NCBI GenBank assembly: GCA_963799845.1
Contig: CAWCYI010000006.1
Coordinates: forward strand, 1,632,001 to 1,696,000
Length of the DNA: 64,000 nt
Reading direction: 5' to 3'
Source: an uncultured Nitrososphaerota archaeon
GTDB lineage: Archaea > Thermoproteota > Nitrososphaeria > Nitrososphaerales > CADDZS01
Of the stretch, positions 30,766 to 41,220 are shown in pieces. Position 1 is the stretch's first letter. Each line of letters begins with the position of its first letter. The position numbers and the translations under genes were made by a program. Under the pieces are notes generated by a model. It was not told the DNA's origin. It saw nothing but the letters and a program-made list of their open reading frames with translations, and searched no databases.

Positions 30766-31554
30766 ATGGGTAACGGGAACAGGCTGCAAGACAAGGTTGC
30801 AATAGTAACCGGAGCCTCGCGAGGCATAGGTCGATCCATAGCGCTGGAGCTCGCAGACGGGGGAGCAAATGTATGCGTGAATTACAACAAGAACCGCGAA
30901 AGGGCGAGCGAGGTGGTCAGCCAGATCGTCTCAATGGGCAGAGCGGCAGTTGCAGTTCAAGCTGATGTCTCAAAGAAACTGGAGGTGGAGCAGATGGTTT
31001 CGGAAGCAGTTTCAAAGTTTGGACGCATCGATATCCTCGTGAATAACGCCGGCATCATTCATTTCGGAGATCTCCTTGAAAACGAAGACCAGTTTCGAGA
31101 AATGTTGGAGGTCAATCTGATGGGAGTTATGTACTGCGCGAAAGAGGTGTCCAAACACATGATCCCTAGGAAGTCAGGGAAGATTGTCAACATTTCAAGC
31201 GTGGCGGGAATAGGCATTCCGGAAACCGGGTCTGGTGGATACGCGGTGACGAAAGCTGCGGTCATCATGCTCACTAAGAGACTCGGAGTCGAATTCGGGC
31301 CCCATGGAATAAACGTGAACTGCGTGGCTCCAGGTTACATTGTGACGGACATGGCCGGTGTTGGAAAGACCGAAGAGGAAGAGCTAGCATCACAAAAAAG
31401 GGTGGCAGGATTGACTATGATGCGTAGAGTCGCAAAGCCCGAAGAAGTCGCGAAGGTCGTATCTTTTCTGTCATCCGATGACTCTGCTTTCATTTCCGGT
31501 CAGACCATCACGGTCGACGGTGGCAGGATGAACTTTCTCTCACATTCGATGTAA
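30766..31554 (+). CDS. SDR family oxidoreductase
   Basis: TGASRGIG, NNAG and YAVTK; start moved to ATG 30766. Confidence 0.92.
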   Translation: MGNGNRLQDKVAIVTGASRGIGRSIALELADGGANVCVNYNKNRERASEVVSQIVSMGRAAVAVQADVSKKLEVEQMVSEAVSKFGRIDILVNNAGIIHFGDLLENEDQFREMLEVNLMGVMYCAKEVSKHMIPRKSGKIVNISSVAGIGIPETGSGGYAVTKAAVIMLTKRLGVEFGPHGINVNCVAPGYIVTDMAGVGKTEEEELASQKRVAGLTMMRRVAKPEEVAKVVSFLSSDDSAFISGQTITVDGGRMNFLSHSM

Positions 31555-31607
31555 AATTTCAAAAAAAATTAAGGAGAGCCCGGTCAACGGGCTAAAGTCT
31601 TCTAGGA

Positions 31608-31892
31608 TTACTTTCCGAAAAACTCTTCCGGCGTTACCGCGATTTCGTAACTTTTTGGCACGAAACCCAAGTTTTGGTTACCTGCCTCAGCGAAGTAGAT
31701 TCGCCCGGCCTTGTTGAGCCACTCGTATTCTTTCACGTGGAATATGTAAAGAACCGAAGCATCCTGCGGGAAGTACGGGCCGTCCATCGTTCCACCTACT
31801 TTCTCCTGGATTTGCAGTTGGACCTTGTGCAGTTTTTTGATGTCTGATTTTATGTCAGTACCCTCGTAGTCGGCTTTCCAGAGAATTATCAT
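31608..31892 (-). CDS. hypothetical protein
   Basis: 94-aa ATG ORF with protein-like composition. Confidence 0.65.
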   Translation of the reverse strand: MIILWKADYEGTDIKSDIKKLHKVQLQIQEKVGGTMDGPYFPQDASVLYIFHVKEYEWLNKAGRIYFAEAGNQNLGFVPKSYEIAVTPEEFFGK

Positions 31893-31984
31893 TTATACCA
31901 AATCCTCTTTGAACAGGCTTAGCTTCGCATATGTGATTGAAAGGTGTTTGGGTCGCGTGTCTAAATCTCACGATCCGGCTGGAT

Positions 31985-32821
31985 TTAGGGCCCAGCACTG
32001 ACCCATGCGACAGAGAAGCTCGTTCCGTCCGTTGACAGTGCTGATGGTTGTGCTTTGATCGTAGATGCTGAGTTTTGGTCAACCATCGCGATAGAGTCGA
32101 CCATGGAGCCGAATTTTGAAATTACTTTTGTAGTTCCCGAAATAGTTGCAGTATCGGTTCCCGTAACCAATGTGGTGTCTTTACCGAATGAGGCAGTACC
32201 GAAATTAGGCAGAGACGAAAGGCTGCCACCCGCTAAAGTGAGAGCTTCTGCAATCCATTCAGCAGAGCTTCGATCTGTTCCGGGTGCTGCCGCTGATTTA
32301 ATGAATGATTTGCCAGTTGTAACATCCTTAATCGTTGCCGTGAAGTTGGTTGTAGTTGCGGAATATTTTACACTGGCCGACATCTTGTCGCCGGGGTTGA
32401 TTTTTAGTCTTGAAATAACTATCAGGGCAGCCGGATAGAATTCATACCATGCCCCGTATGAAGGTAATCCATTATAGCATTCTGCCATAGTACCAGTTTG
32501 TTCTACTGTCAGTGAATTAGATCCATCTATGCCAACCCAGAATACCGCAGCCTCAATACCTGTAGCTGGACACGTCACGGCTGGCTGAACCCACGATCCT
32601 TTTACTTCTGTTACCGACCCGACAGGAGCGTTGATCGCGTATCCAGCCCAATTAGAACTGGAAGAAGTAGTACTTGAATAAATTTTGACTATGCTTGCCG
32701 GAGATGAAAACGAAGGAGCTGAGTTGTAACCACTCACTGGAGCGCTAAACGATGATATGCAAAAGCCCAGAATCATAAAGGAAGAAAGCAAAACTACGGA
32801 ACGCCGAGGGTTCGGGAACAT
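31985..32821 (-). CDS. secreted glutamic peptidase, family G1 (peptidase A4)
   Basis: Signal peptide; SSNWAGY, WVGIDG, EQTG and SAEWIAE motifs. Confidence 0.9.
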   Translation of the reverse strand: MFPNPRRSVVLLSSFMILGFCISSFSAPVSGYNSAPSFSSPASIVKIYSSTTSSSSNWAGYAINAPVGSVTEVKGSWVQPAVTCPATGIEAAVFWVGIDGSNSLTVEQTGTMAECYNGLPSYGAWYEFYPAALIVISRLKINPGDKMSASVKYSATTTNFTATIKDVTTGKSFIKSAAAPGTDRSSAEWIAEALTLAGGSLSSLPNFGTASFGKDTTLVTGTDTATISGTTKVISKFGSMVDSIAMVDQNSASTIKAQPSALSTDGTSFSVAWVSAGP

Positions 32822-32976
32822 TGTTCCTAGCGTTAACCTTTGAGGATAAATGGATTTGAACGATTTTTTCTTTTTGAAATCTCTCTGTATCGTTATCCGG
32901 TATAACGCGATATATCGCTTGATCTAGTCTTAGATCGCAAATCAGCCAGCAAAAAATACTTGCTTTCAGAATATAG

Positions 32977-33591
32977 CTATTTCTTTTTTGACTTCTTTCT
33001 AATCACATTGCGTTTCGGAGTTTTCACAACAGTTTCCTGCTTCCTCCGGTTTCCAGCCATTGCATTTTCTATCGCGCCAACGAGCGTTTCAAACCGATAA
33101 TCACCGTTGTGCCTCAAATTGTTTATGAAAAACGTTGGCGTCCCGTTCACCCCGCTTCTGACTCCGCCCATGAAATCTGCGCGTATCCTCGGAAGATGGG
33201 CGTGGGTTGCGACCTCATTCTTGATCCTCGGGGCATCCATGCCGAGCTTTCCGGCGTATTGAAGAAAGAAGTCTTCATTCGAAAGGTACGCCTGATGCTC
33301 GTAGAGATAATCGTGCATCTCCCAGAATTTTCCTTGATCGGAGGCTGATTCGGCCATCTCGGCACCGAACTCGGCCCTCGGGTGAACTTCGGTAAGAGGA
33401 AAGTTTCTGAAAACAAATCGCAGATCAGATCCGAACTTGTCTTGAACCTTCTTCACGATTCCATAGGCTTCCCCGCAGTAAGGGCACTGATAATCGCCGT
33501 ACTCGAGCAGGGTCACCTTTGCATCTGGAGATCCCTGGATGTGATCTTTTTCGCCAACAGGTATCTTTAGACTGGGAGTGTGCTCACTCAT
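32977..33591 (-). CDS. DsbA-family thioredoxin-fold protein
   Basis: YGDYQCPYC, FRNFPL and GTPTFFIN motifs. Confidence 0.92.
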   Translation of the reverse strand: MSEHTPSLKIPVGEKDHIQGSPDAKVTLLEYGDYQCPYCGEAYGIVKKVQDKFGSDLRFVFRNFPLTEVHPRAEFGAEMAESASDQGKFWEMHDYLYEHQAYLSNEDFFLQYAGKLGMDAPRIKNEVATHAHLPRIRADFMGGVRSGVNGTPTFFINNLRHNGDYRFETLVGAIENAMAGNRRKQETVVKTPKRNVIRKKSKKK

Positions 33592-34124
33592 TGTGGAACG
33601 CCAGCTTCTTTCTTGTCCGGATAGATGCGCTCAAGAGCTTCCAGAATTCCATCTGCTCCGGGATTAACCCCATCTGGAGAGAGATAACTCCATCTGATCA
33701 CACCGTTGTGATCGATCACAAACAGCGCACGTTCAGATTCTCCAATGCGATTCTGGTAGGCTCCGTAAAGAGACGAGACCTTCCCTTTTGGTTCAAAGTC
33801 TGCGAGTAGGGGGAATCTGAGATTCCGATCCTTGGAGAAGGCAACGTGGGACCAGCTTCCGTCGACCGAAATCCCCAGAACCTCTGCGTTGAACCTCTGA
33901 AACTCGGGCAGGACTTGGTTGTACAGAGCCAACTGATCCGTGCAGACGGGGCTCCAATCAGCCGGATAAAAAGCCAGGATGACCGGACGTCCTCGAAAAT
34001 CGCTGAGGCTGACCCTCTGATCGGGGGTGCTGTGCAAGGAAAAATTGGGTGCTTTGGTTCCGGGCGGCAAAATCGTTTTCGTTTTCGGTGTTGAAACAGA
34101 TTTCTTGTTAGGCAATTGTTGCAA
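33588..34124 (-). CDS. peroxiredoxin (AhpC/TSA, AhpE-like)
   Basis: FYPADWSPVC, GISVD and ERALFVID motifs. Confidence 0.9.
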   Translation of the reverse strand: MQQLPNKKSVSTPKTKTILPPGTKAPNFSLHSTPDQRVSLSDFRGRPVILAFYPADWSPVCTDQLALYNQVLPEFQRFNAEVLGISVDGSWSHVAFSKDRNLRFPLLADFEPKGKVSSLYGAYQNRIGESERALFVIDHNGVIRWSYLSPDGVNPGADGILEALERIYPDKKEAGVPQ

Positions 34125-34252
34125 TTTTGTAAGTTTCGGACTTTCTAAAATGCGTTATGGGTGAGTCGCCAATCGACCAATAGCTGCAAAAAACTACGAT
34201 AATTACATGATCTTTAAATCGATCATAGAATTTTCAACAGCTTGAACTAGCC

Positions 34253-34798
34253 TTGATGACTCAACAATCAAAAGAGAAAGAAGTAAAGTCGTATCCAGCG
34301 CCCGCCGAACTTGCAACGACAACCGATCTTACCCAGCAGGAAGTAAAGGCCGTTACGGAAGCCGTCAATCCCCTTGTTGCCGACGCCTTTGCACTGTACG
34401 TGAAAACGAAAAACTTTCACTGGCATCTGTCAGGATCTCACTTTCGCGATTTTCATTTGTTGTTTGACGAGCAAGCTGAACAGATTTTGGATTCCATCGA
34501 CACGATGGCGGAGCGGGTTCGTCGGGTTGGGGGCACGACGATTCGAAGCATCAGCCACGTAAGCCAATTGCAGACAATAGACGATGACAATAACGACATT
34601 GTCCCAGCCGGTGAAATGATCAGGCGCCTCCTTGAGGACAACGCACACATTGCAAAGAACATCCGTGATGCAATCGATGTCTGCGACCGGAGCCGAGACT
34701 CCTCTACGAGCAATGAGCTCCAAACAATACTTGACGAGACGGAGCGCCGCAAGTGGTTCCTTTTCGAGATCTCCCGCGGGATGGCGAATACAGACTAG
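34253..34798 (+). CDS. dps: DNA starvation/stationary phase protection protein
   Basis: KNFHWH, HLLFDE and DTMAER ferroxidase motifs. Confidence 0.92.
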   Translation: MMTQQSKEKEVKSYPAPAELATTTDLTQQEVKAVTEAVNPLVADAFALYVKTKNFHWHLSGSHFRDFHLLFDEQAEQILDSIDTMAERVRRVGGTTIRSISHVSQLQTIDDDNNDIVPAGEMIRRLLEDNAHIAKNIRDAIDVCDRSRDSSTSNELQTILDETERRKWFLFEISRGMANTD

Positions 34799-34857
34799 AG
34801 TCGTACGAAAAGCGGCGGATCAAAAACTCCGCCACTTTTTCATTCTTTTAGATTACC

Positions 34858-35998
34858 CTACGCAACGCCCAGGGTGTTTCCAATCCCGGCTACGATTATT
34901 GAAGCGCCTTCCGGCAATTCGCGGACGAGATTCAGGATTCTAGAGACTGTCGAGGGTACCTTATCCCTGACTTGGTTGGGGATTTCTGTTATCGCTTCCT
35001 TCTCTGACATTTTTGTTATAAGCGCGAGCATCTCGACCTGACGCGAAGCTGCGGTTTCTTCGATTCTGAACCTATCGGTTCCTGGCCCGCCTATCGCGGC
35101 TCCCACTCCTTCTGCCATCGAGCCTGTTTCCTCGCCTTCCAGTTTAAGCGAAGCATCGACAGTGAGGACGTATTTCACGCCGAGATCTTCCTGAAGCAGT
35201 TTCTGAATTGCTGCTCCTCAGCTTGCCTACGTTTCCTCCCGGGCCCTTTGCCTTCACAACATAAGCGACGTGATTCTGGTAGTTCAGTTTCGCAACCTCG
35301 GTGTCCTTGACGGGCTCGGTCCACATCGAATTCGCATCTACGGTCTTTACCAGTTCAGAGGCAACCAGAGGTCCGAATCCGTCACCGATGACCTTGCCAT
35401 TCGCAAATGCGCTCATCGCAGACGAGTATGCATCGGCCATTTCCATGATCTGCGGCATCATCATCTGTAGCTGTATGATCGAATACGTGCTCCCCTGTTT
35501 TGTGCCAGAGATGTAAAAGTGCCTAACGATTTTGAACATGTTGTTGAGGCCGACCGCTATTTCAGCGACATTTGAGAGCGTCTGGACCTCAGCTTCGTCT
35601 GCTTTCGGCGCAATCTTCCGGATTTCACTCTTCAGGTTTTCATCCGCGGAGTCAAGGATATGCTCCATCTTCGGGACAATACCAGTAGGATCCATGCTAA
35701 CTGGCGAAATCACGAAGCTGCCCAGAAGGCGATCTATCGATTGGCTGAGGAAAGCGGAGTCTTGATTGTCGCGATACTTTTTCAGAGAATCGACGAGCTT
35801 GCCCTGAGCCTCGATTCGCATCCGATCCAGTTTGGCTATCTGATTTTTAATTCCACGCTGCATGAATGATAGCTGGAATCGCTGGCCGTAAAGGAACAGC
35901 AATACGAAACCGCCGATATAAAATACGTTCACAAGTGTTGTAATGAATGACAAACTAATTGCCATGTAACGATCATAACGCACGTATTGGTCATCCAA
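34858..35998 (-). CDS. DUF1512 family protein, frameshifted near 35220
   Basis: DPTGIV, IGDGFGP, KAKGPG; the second frame gives VDASLKLEGE...GIGNT. Confidence 0.8.
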
Positions 35999-36133
35999 GC
36001 ATATAGGGATTGCAGGTCAAAGGCCCTATTCTCGGATATTGAAAGACTGTCCGATTAGAAAACTGCGCTTTTCCCAAATTTTACGCAGTAGGGAACAAAA
36101 GAGATTCTTGACAAGAATCTATTTCGGCAAAGA

Positions 36134-36466
36134 TTAACGTTTTTTCGCGGTCGTTATTATGTCGCCGTAAGCTCTCACAAAAAATTCCTGGGCCCTGGAC
36201 AGAGTCATTCGACCCTCCCTGGTAAGTTCGTATATCGTCGTCCGCCCCTCCGTCCTAACTTCCACTTGACCCTTGACCGAGAGTTCCTTGAGAGCAGGAT
36301 AAATCGTCCCGGGGTTTGGCTTTTCGCCCTTCCTCTTTCCGATCTCTTCGGCAAGCTCCTGGCCATACATTGGCCGACCCGAGAGTAGCCAGAGTATCAT
36401 GAAGGAGAGCATCCCGCGCATGTCGCATCCGACATTCTTATGCTCGCTTTCGGCAGTTCTTTTCAT
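36134..36466 (-). CDS. PadR family transcriptional regulator
   Basis: MYGQEL, PGTIYPAL and YELTREG motifs. Confidence 0.9.
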   Translation of the reverse strand: MKRTAESEHKNVGCDMRGMLSFMILWLLSGRPMYGQELAEEIGKRKGEKPNPGTIYPALKELSVKGQVEVRTEGRTTIYELTREGRMTLSRAQEFFVRAYGDIITTAKKR

Positions 36467-36576
36467 TCTCAGGCGCTGTAAGACATTAGGTCATCGTCAC
36501 TGTTAAACCTATAGGCCCATTACTTGCGGGCGCTTATCGCATCGAACGCTTGTTCATGAAAATAGGGAGGTACTTT

Positions 36577-37365
36577 TCAGCTGATTAGCGCGAGCAGCTC
36601 GCCAGTGTGGTCACGAACGACGTGATTCAGAAATGCGACCGCAATCTCCGCCCGCAGACTCGGATCAGAGTCGAACGCCTTGTCTGCAAGCTCCAGACAC
36701 TTTTCACAATCGCTCATCGATTCTACTTTGGCGAGCTTCCTCAACGCATTCAGCTGCTTTTCGAAAAGCCTGCTCACTTTTCCGAGCCTCTCTTCCTGAT
36801 CTAGAGTTTCCAGCAGGTCGACTCTCTCTTCATGGGTGAACTCGGGAGAGTTGGCGCACAGGTCGGCGAGGTTTCCCGGCGAATCGGTGTGCCTCAGCAG
36901 GCTTACGATCTCGGCCGGAATCCCGGGAATGAGTTTCACAAACTCGTCGATCTGACCTTGAACTTTCTTCACCAGCAAAGACGAGTCGGATGAAGCAGGT
37001 ATGGCTGGTTCGTTAGCCCTTTCGAACAAAACCCGAGGATGGCCAGAAGATTCAACGAGTTTCTTTATGTGAATCCGCCACATCCCTTTCAGCTCCAGAT
37101 TGCTACCATCTCCAGTGGGGGCTGTCTCTGAACGCCTGACTATTGCGAGCGTACCGATCGCTCGAGCTTCGGACTTTGAAGCAGGGATGAAAGCGAGAAT
37201 CTGGTGCTTGCTCATCGCCTCGTTAAGCGCCGAGAGGTTTCTTCTCTCCTTGACTACAGTTACAATTTCCATTCCGGGAAATAACACCACCTCGTTTGAG
37301 AGGATCGCAGGGACCTCGTAGTCCTTGGAATCTGAGATTCCTTCCACTGTTCCATTGTTGCTCAT
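36577..37365 (-). CDS. stand-alone Lon N-terminal (substrate-binding) domain protein
   Basis: VLFPGM, IGTLA, PGNLADL and LLETLD..ERL; no AAA or protease domain. Confidence 0.82.
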   Translation of the reverse strand: MSNNGTVEGISDSKDYEVPAILSNEVVLFPGMEIVTVVKERRNLSALNEAMSKHQILAFIPASKSEARAIGTLAIVRRSETAPTGDGSNLELKGMWRIHIKKLVESSGHPRVLFERANEPAIPASSDSSLLVKKVQGQIDEFVKLIPGIPAEIVSLLRHTDSPGNLADLCANSPEFTHEERVDLLETLDQEERLGKVSRLFEKQLNALRKLAKVESMSDCEKCLELADKAFDSDPSLRAEIAVAFLNHVVRDHTGELLALIS

Positions 37366-37573
37366 ATTTTACTCATCTAATTTTTTCAAAGGCCTAGGAT
37401 GAAAGTCGGGTTCTTGAAATGGGGGTTAAGGAAAACAAAAGATATATTGATATCGGATATCGGTCGTCCAATAAAGTGCTGATAATTTATTAGCTTTTGA
37501 TCGAGGGGTACATTTTCCCTCGAAGCCTGAAGCTCTTCGAGCTTTACGTTATTCTCGAAATCGAATGAAAGAC

Positions 37574-38305
37574 CTACTTTATCAGCAGGTGCGACTTGCC
37601 GAGATTGACTCCTTTGAATGCGGGATGAATCTCCACTGCCAGATTTCTCGAATCCGGCGGCGCCGATATAACCCAGGCGTAGCTTCCGCCCCTGAGCGAA
37701 GTATTGACGTGTGGGTGGTAACCCTTAGGAATCAAGACCGCGTCATAGTCATGAACGACATACGCTCTTTCGTCCTCGCCGTCAAGGATTAACTGCACAC
37801 CAAAGCCGGGATCCAGTCCGTAGAAGATGTACGCCTCGGGCTTGTCGTCGTGCTTGTGCGGCGGGTAGCTGCTCCATTCGCCTATCGAGTCTTCGACGTA
37901 GCCTGCGATGAATCGGTTTGCCGGATCGTTTTCCGTGATAGATTGGACCACAGTCCTCCTGAAGGTCGGCTGACCGATTTTCATTTTCTGGTCATCCACA
38001 TATCTTTTCACGTAGGGGGCGTATTTTTTCGATCCGATTGATTCAGCGATGAAGATTACGGAATCCGAGTTCGATTCGATTCTCGCGTCGTCTCCCAACG
38101 GCAGGTACATCATGTCTTTCTCCTCGAGTCGGGTGTCATTTACGGAAATTCCTCTACTGAGGCTGAAAATTAGGCGTTCCTTGTTGCTGATGCCCTTGAG
38201 GTCCAGATTAAAATTTCCGGCCGTCTTCAGGCAGTGGAGCGCAAACCCGTCGAGATCGAACATCTTGAACGGAGTGTTCAGCTGCGCTTTTGTCTTCGCA
38301 TGCAT
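37574..38305 (-). CDS. iolB: 5-deoxy-glucuronate isomerase (IolB/KduI-type cupin)
   Basis: WSSYPPHKHD, GFGVQ and IPKGYHP motifs. Confidence 0.85.
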   Translation of the reverse strand: MHAKTKAQLNTPFKMFDLDGFALHCLKTAGNFNLDLKGISNKERLIFSLSRGISVNDTRLEEKDMMYLPLGDDARIESNSDSVIFIAESIGSKKYAPYVKRYVDDQKMKIGQPTFRRTVVQSITENDPANRFIAGYVEDSIGEWSSYPPHKHDDKPEAYIFYGLDPGFGVQLILDGEDERAYVVHDYDAVLIPKGYHPHVNTSLRGGSYAWVISAPPDSRNLAVEIHPAFKGVNLGKSHLLIK

Positions 38306-39649
38306 CTAGAGAATTACCCTCGCGATCTTGTTGACTGCCTCGATGATGTCGCTTACTCCTTCTTCGGTGTCCATCGGACTCACGTCGATGTGAACCGCCC
38401 TGCCTAGAAGATCGAGACTGGGCGCTAGATCGCCCTTCGCGAGCTTGTCGACTCCCGGAATAAGGTGCCCCCACGCGGTGAAGATGTGCCCGTCGAACCG
38501 CTTCGGGTCGTACATGACACCCGGATACATTCCGCTGAGCCGCTTGATTCCTTCGGCCAAGATCGCGTCCCGGAAAATTCGTGCCTTTTCAGGCTTGTCA
38601 ACAAAGAATACCAATGCAACCCCGATTTCCCCTTGAGGATCTGGAAGCCTCCTAAATTCAATTCCGCTGATTCCCGAGATTCCCTTCTTGATCTTCGCCT
38701 TGTTTGATCTGACCTTCGCGATTATCTTGTCCTCTTTTTTCAGCTGGGCCCGCAGGACGGCGGAAGAAATTTCGTTTATCCGGTAGTTAACTCCCGGAAA
38801 CGGCTTGATCGAAAGTTTGGGCTCGTCAACCTCCCCTGTTCTGAACGGAGTGCCGACGTCGTGGAACATTAGCATCCTTTCGTAGACCATCCGGTCATCC
38901 GTTACAGCTGCACCACCCTCCCCGGCTGAGATCATTTTGTTGAGCTGGAAACTGAACGATCCGACATTGCCGATTGAGCCGAGCTTCTTGCCGTGATAAC
39001 TGCCGCCACCGCACTGCGCGACATCTTCCAGGAGCGCGATCCCGTGTTTCTTTGCAATCTTCGAGAGAGGATCCAGGTCGCTTGGTACTCCCCTTATGTG
39101 AACCGCCATTATCACTTTTGTCTTTTTGGTGATCTTCTTCTCCACGTCCTTCGGATCGAGAGTGAGAGAGTTGTCGATGTTTGCGAGAACTGGGGTACCT
39201 CGCGCAGCGACAATCGCGCTGGGACAAGAAACCCACGCGTACGCCGGAAGGATTACTTCGTCTCCCTCTTTTACCCCCAGCCCGATTAGAGTCGTATGCA
39301 GGGCGGCAGTCCCGGACGTGACGGCCAGAGCAAACTTTGTCCCGACGTATTCCCGGAACTCGTTTTCGAATTTGCCCGTGATATTCAGAAACTTTGGTCC
39401 GTAGAATCTGTAAGGCGACTGAGCCTTCAAGACTTCCATGACCGCGTCAACTTCAGCCTGATCAAAGTACGTAGCACCCGGATGCATGACCGGGAGTGGT
39501 TCTTTTCTTACTGGCTTGCCGCCGTACAGAGCGAGCGATTCCTTCGTAACTAACATGTCGGTTTCTGACACTCCGCAAAACTCCAGCCGATTTAAATGTA
39601 GTCCGCGGAATTGCCGCAGTTGGCTAACCAAACATTTTGTAGCCACCAA
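38306..39649 (-). CDS. DegT/DnrJ/EryC1/StrS PLP-dependent aminotransferase (start probably 39556)
   Basis: SGTAAL, EDVAQ, SFQLNKMISAGEGG and NYR motifs. Confidence 0.92.
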   Translation of the reverse strand: MVATKCLVSQLRQFRGLHLNRLEFCGVSETDMLVTKESLALYGGKPVRKEPLPVMHPGATYFDQAEVDAVMEVLKAQSPYRFYGPKFLNITGKFENEFREYVGTKFALAVTSGTAALHTTLIGLGVKEGDEVILPAYAWVSCPSAIVAARGTPVLANIDNSLTLDPKDVEKKITKKTKVIMAVHIRGVPSDLDPLSKIAKKHGIALLEDVAQCGGGSYHGKKLGSIGNVGSFSFQLNKMISAGEGGAAVTDDRMVYERMLMFHDVGTPFRTGEVDEPKLSIKPFPGVNYRINEISSAVLRAQLKKEDKIIAKVRSNKAKIKKGISGISGIEFRRLPDPQGEIGVALVFFVDKPEKARIFRDAILAEGIKRLSGMYPGVMYDPKRFDGHIFTAWGHLIPGVDKLAKGDLAPSLDLLGRAVHIDVSPMDTEEGVSDIIEAVNKIARVIL

Positions 39650-39685
39650 ATCTTGAATGCAAAGGATTTGGTGGAAGTGTCTGAA

Positions 39686-40036
39686 TTACGGGCTCCCCTT
39701 GCTGATCCAGAAGATATTTCCATCCGGGTCTTCGAACATGGCGATCTCGCCGCCATCCTCTGTCTTCGTGTAGTCGAGTGAAAACTTTACTCCTTTGTTT
39801 TTGAGTTCCCCTACCTTCCGTTGAATTTCATCGGTGTAAAAGCAGATACCCGTATTCCCCGGTTCGAGATTTTCAGACTCGCAAAGATGCAGCTTCCAGG
39901 ACGCGCCCTTTTCCCCGGCCGTTACCCAGTGGTCGTCTTCCGTCGAGACCTCAAAGCCAAGTTTATCCCTGTACCACTCGGCCGACTTTTTCGCATCCGA
40001 GACCATGACAGCCACGCTGAAATAATTCGAGAACAT
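39686..40036 (-). CDS. VOC/glyoxalase family protein
   Basis: WYRDKLGF and FEDPDGN motifs. Confidence 0.88.
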   Translation of the reverse strand: MFSNYFSVAVMVSDAKKSAEWYRDKLGFEVSTEDDHWVTAGEKGASWKLHLCESENLEPGNTGICFYTDEIQRKVGELKNKGVKFSLDYTKTEDGGEIAMFEDPDGNIFWISKGSP

Positions 40037-40111
40037 GTCCCTTCAGAAGGCGGCCGGACTCTTTTCAGTCTTCCTTGCGGTTGGATCCCTTTTTCGGACA
40101 AGGCAAAGGTA

Positions 40112-40849
40112 TCATAGTAGCGTGTTGATGTATTCGAAACCCTTCTTGACAACGACATCTGGCAGCTGTCCTTCGAGCGCCTCAATTTCGAGCATCAGCT
40201 GACCCTTGTAACTGATTTCTTCAAGTTTGGCCACGACCGATCTCAGATCCAGTACGCCCTCGCCGGCGTTTACAAAATCCCGCTTGAACCTGATTCTTGA
40301 TTTCGGGAGCTTTGATTTCAGGTCCTTCAGGTGCACGAGCGCGACCCTCTTGCGGTATTTTCCGATGAGCTCGATCGCGTTCACACCCGCTCCAGCTCCG
40401 TGAGCAGTGTCAATGCAGAGCTTGAGGGTCGGGATAGCTTTCAGCGCCTGCTCGATCTGATCCTGTGTTTCAAACGAGCTCCGGAGCTCGTTGTGCAGAG
40501 CACTCGTAATTCCTACCTTGCTCGTACTCTTAGAAAAGTCCCGAAGGCGCCGCAGCGCAGCCGGGAGAGTTTTCTCCTTAACTGTAACCCAGAATAGCGG
40601 CGTCTTTGATACCTTCGCCCAAGCGATGTCGGACGTCCTCGTTCGCGAGTAAGCTCCTCCGTTCTCAAGGCCCACTCTTTTCACGATCTCATAAACCATT
40701 CCGGGATTGTGTTTTAATTCGTTCGGAATCAGTGCAAACTCTATTCCGACTCCATCGAATCCGGTATCCTTGATCGATTGGAGAATAGCTTCAAACTCTG
40801 AAACCGATTTGGTCTTTCCCCAGGGCATTGTTGTTACAGAGATCAGCAT
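40112..40849 (-). CDS. sugar phosphate isomerase/epimerase TIM-barrel (IolE/IolI-like)
   Basis: LHNE, DTAH, VHLKD and MLEIE metal ligands. Confidence 0.85.
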   Translation of the reverse strand: MLISVTTMPWGKTKSVSEFEAILQSIKDTGFDGVGIEFALIPNELKHNPGMVYEIVKRVGLENGGAYSRTRTSDIAWAKVSKTPLFWVTVKEKTLPAALRRLRDFSKSTSKVGITSALHNELRSSFETQDQIEQALKAIPTLKLCIDTAHGAGAGVNAIELIGKYRKRVALVHLKDLKSKLPKSRIRFKRDFVNAGEGVLDLRSVVAKLEEISYKGQLMLEIEALEGQLPDVVVKKGFEYINTLL

Positions 40850-40929
40850 TTCTTTAGGATCATGACCTACCCTCGGTCAATTTAAGCGTACGCCAAATTA
40901 TGCAAAATGCAGAATGAACAGAGTTGCTA

Positions 40930-41134
40930 TGTGACAACAATCGTATGAGTGTGTCAACCGTACTGTGAAGGAAAAGAATCAAGGAGGGAACAGAGAGGCT
41001 GGAAAAGCTGGAAATCTCAGATTGCAGAAGGACAACGGATTCACTATAACTTTGTGAAACTGCATGTGGCATTAAAGGACAGACACCAGCTCAACGGGCC
41101 AGAATCCAAATTCAGTCCAAGAATAAATGGTTAG
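40930..41134 (+). pseudogene. DDE transposase C-terminal remnant
   Basis: Decayed NNR...QRGWKS...IAEGQRIHYNFVKLHVAL..QTPA resembles the C-terminus of archaeal rve/IS6-like transposases. Confidence 0.55.
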
Positions 41135-41220
41135 ATTTACTTTCAAACAGTATGGCGTAACACCATACAATACGGTACAACATGGTACACTTTCAATAAG
41201 GTCGAAAAATCGGCCTAAAT

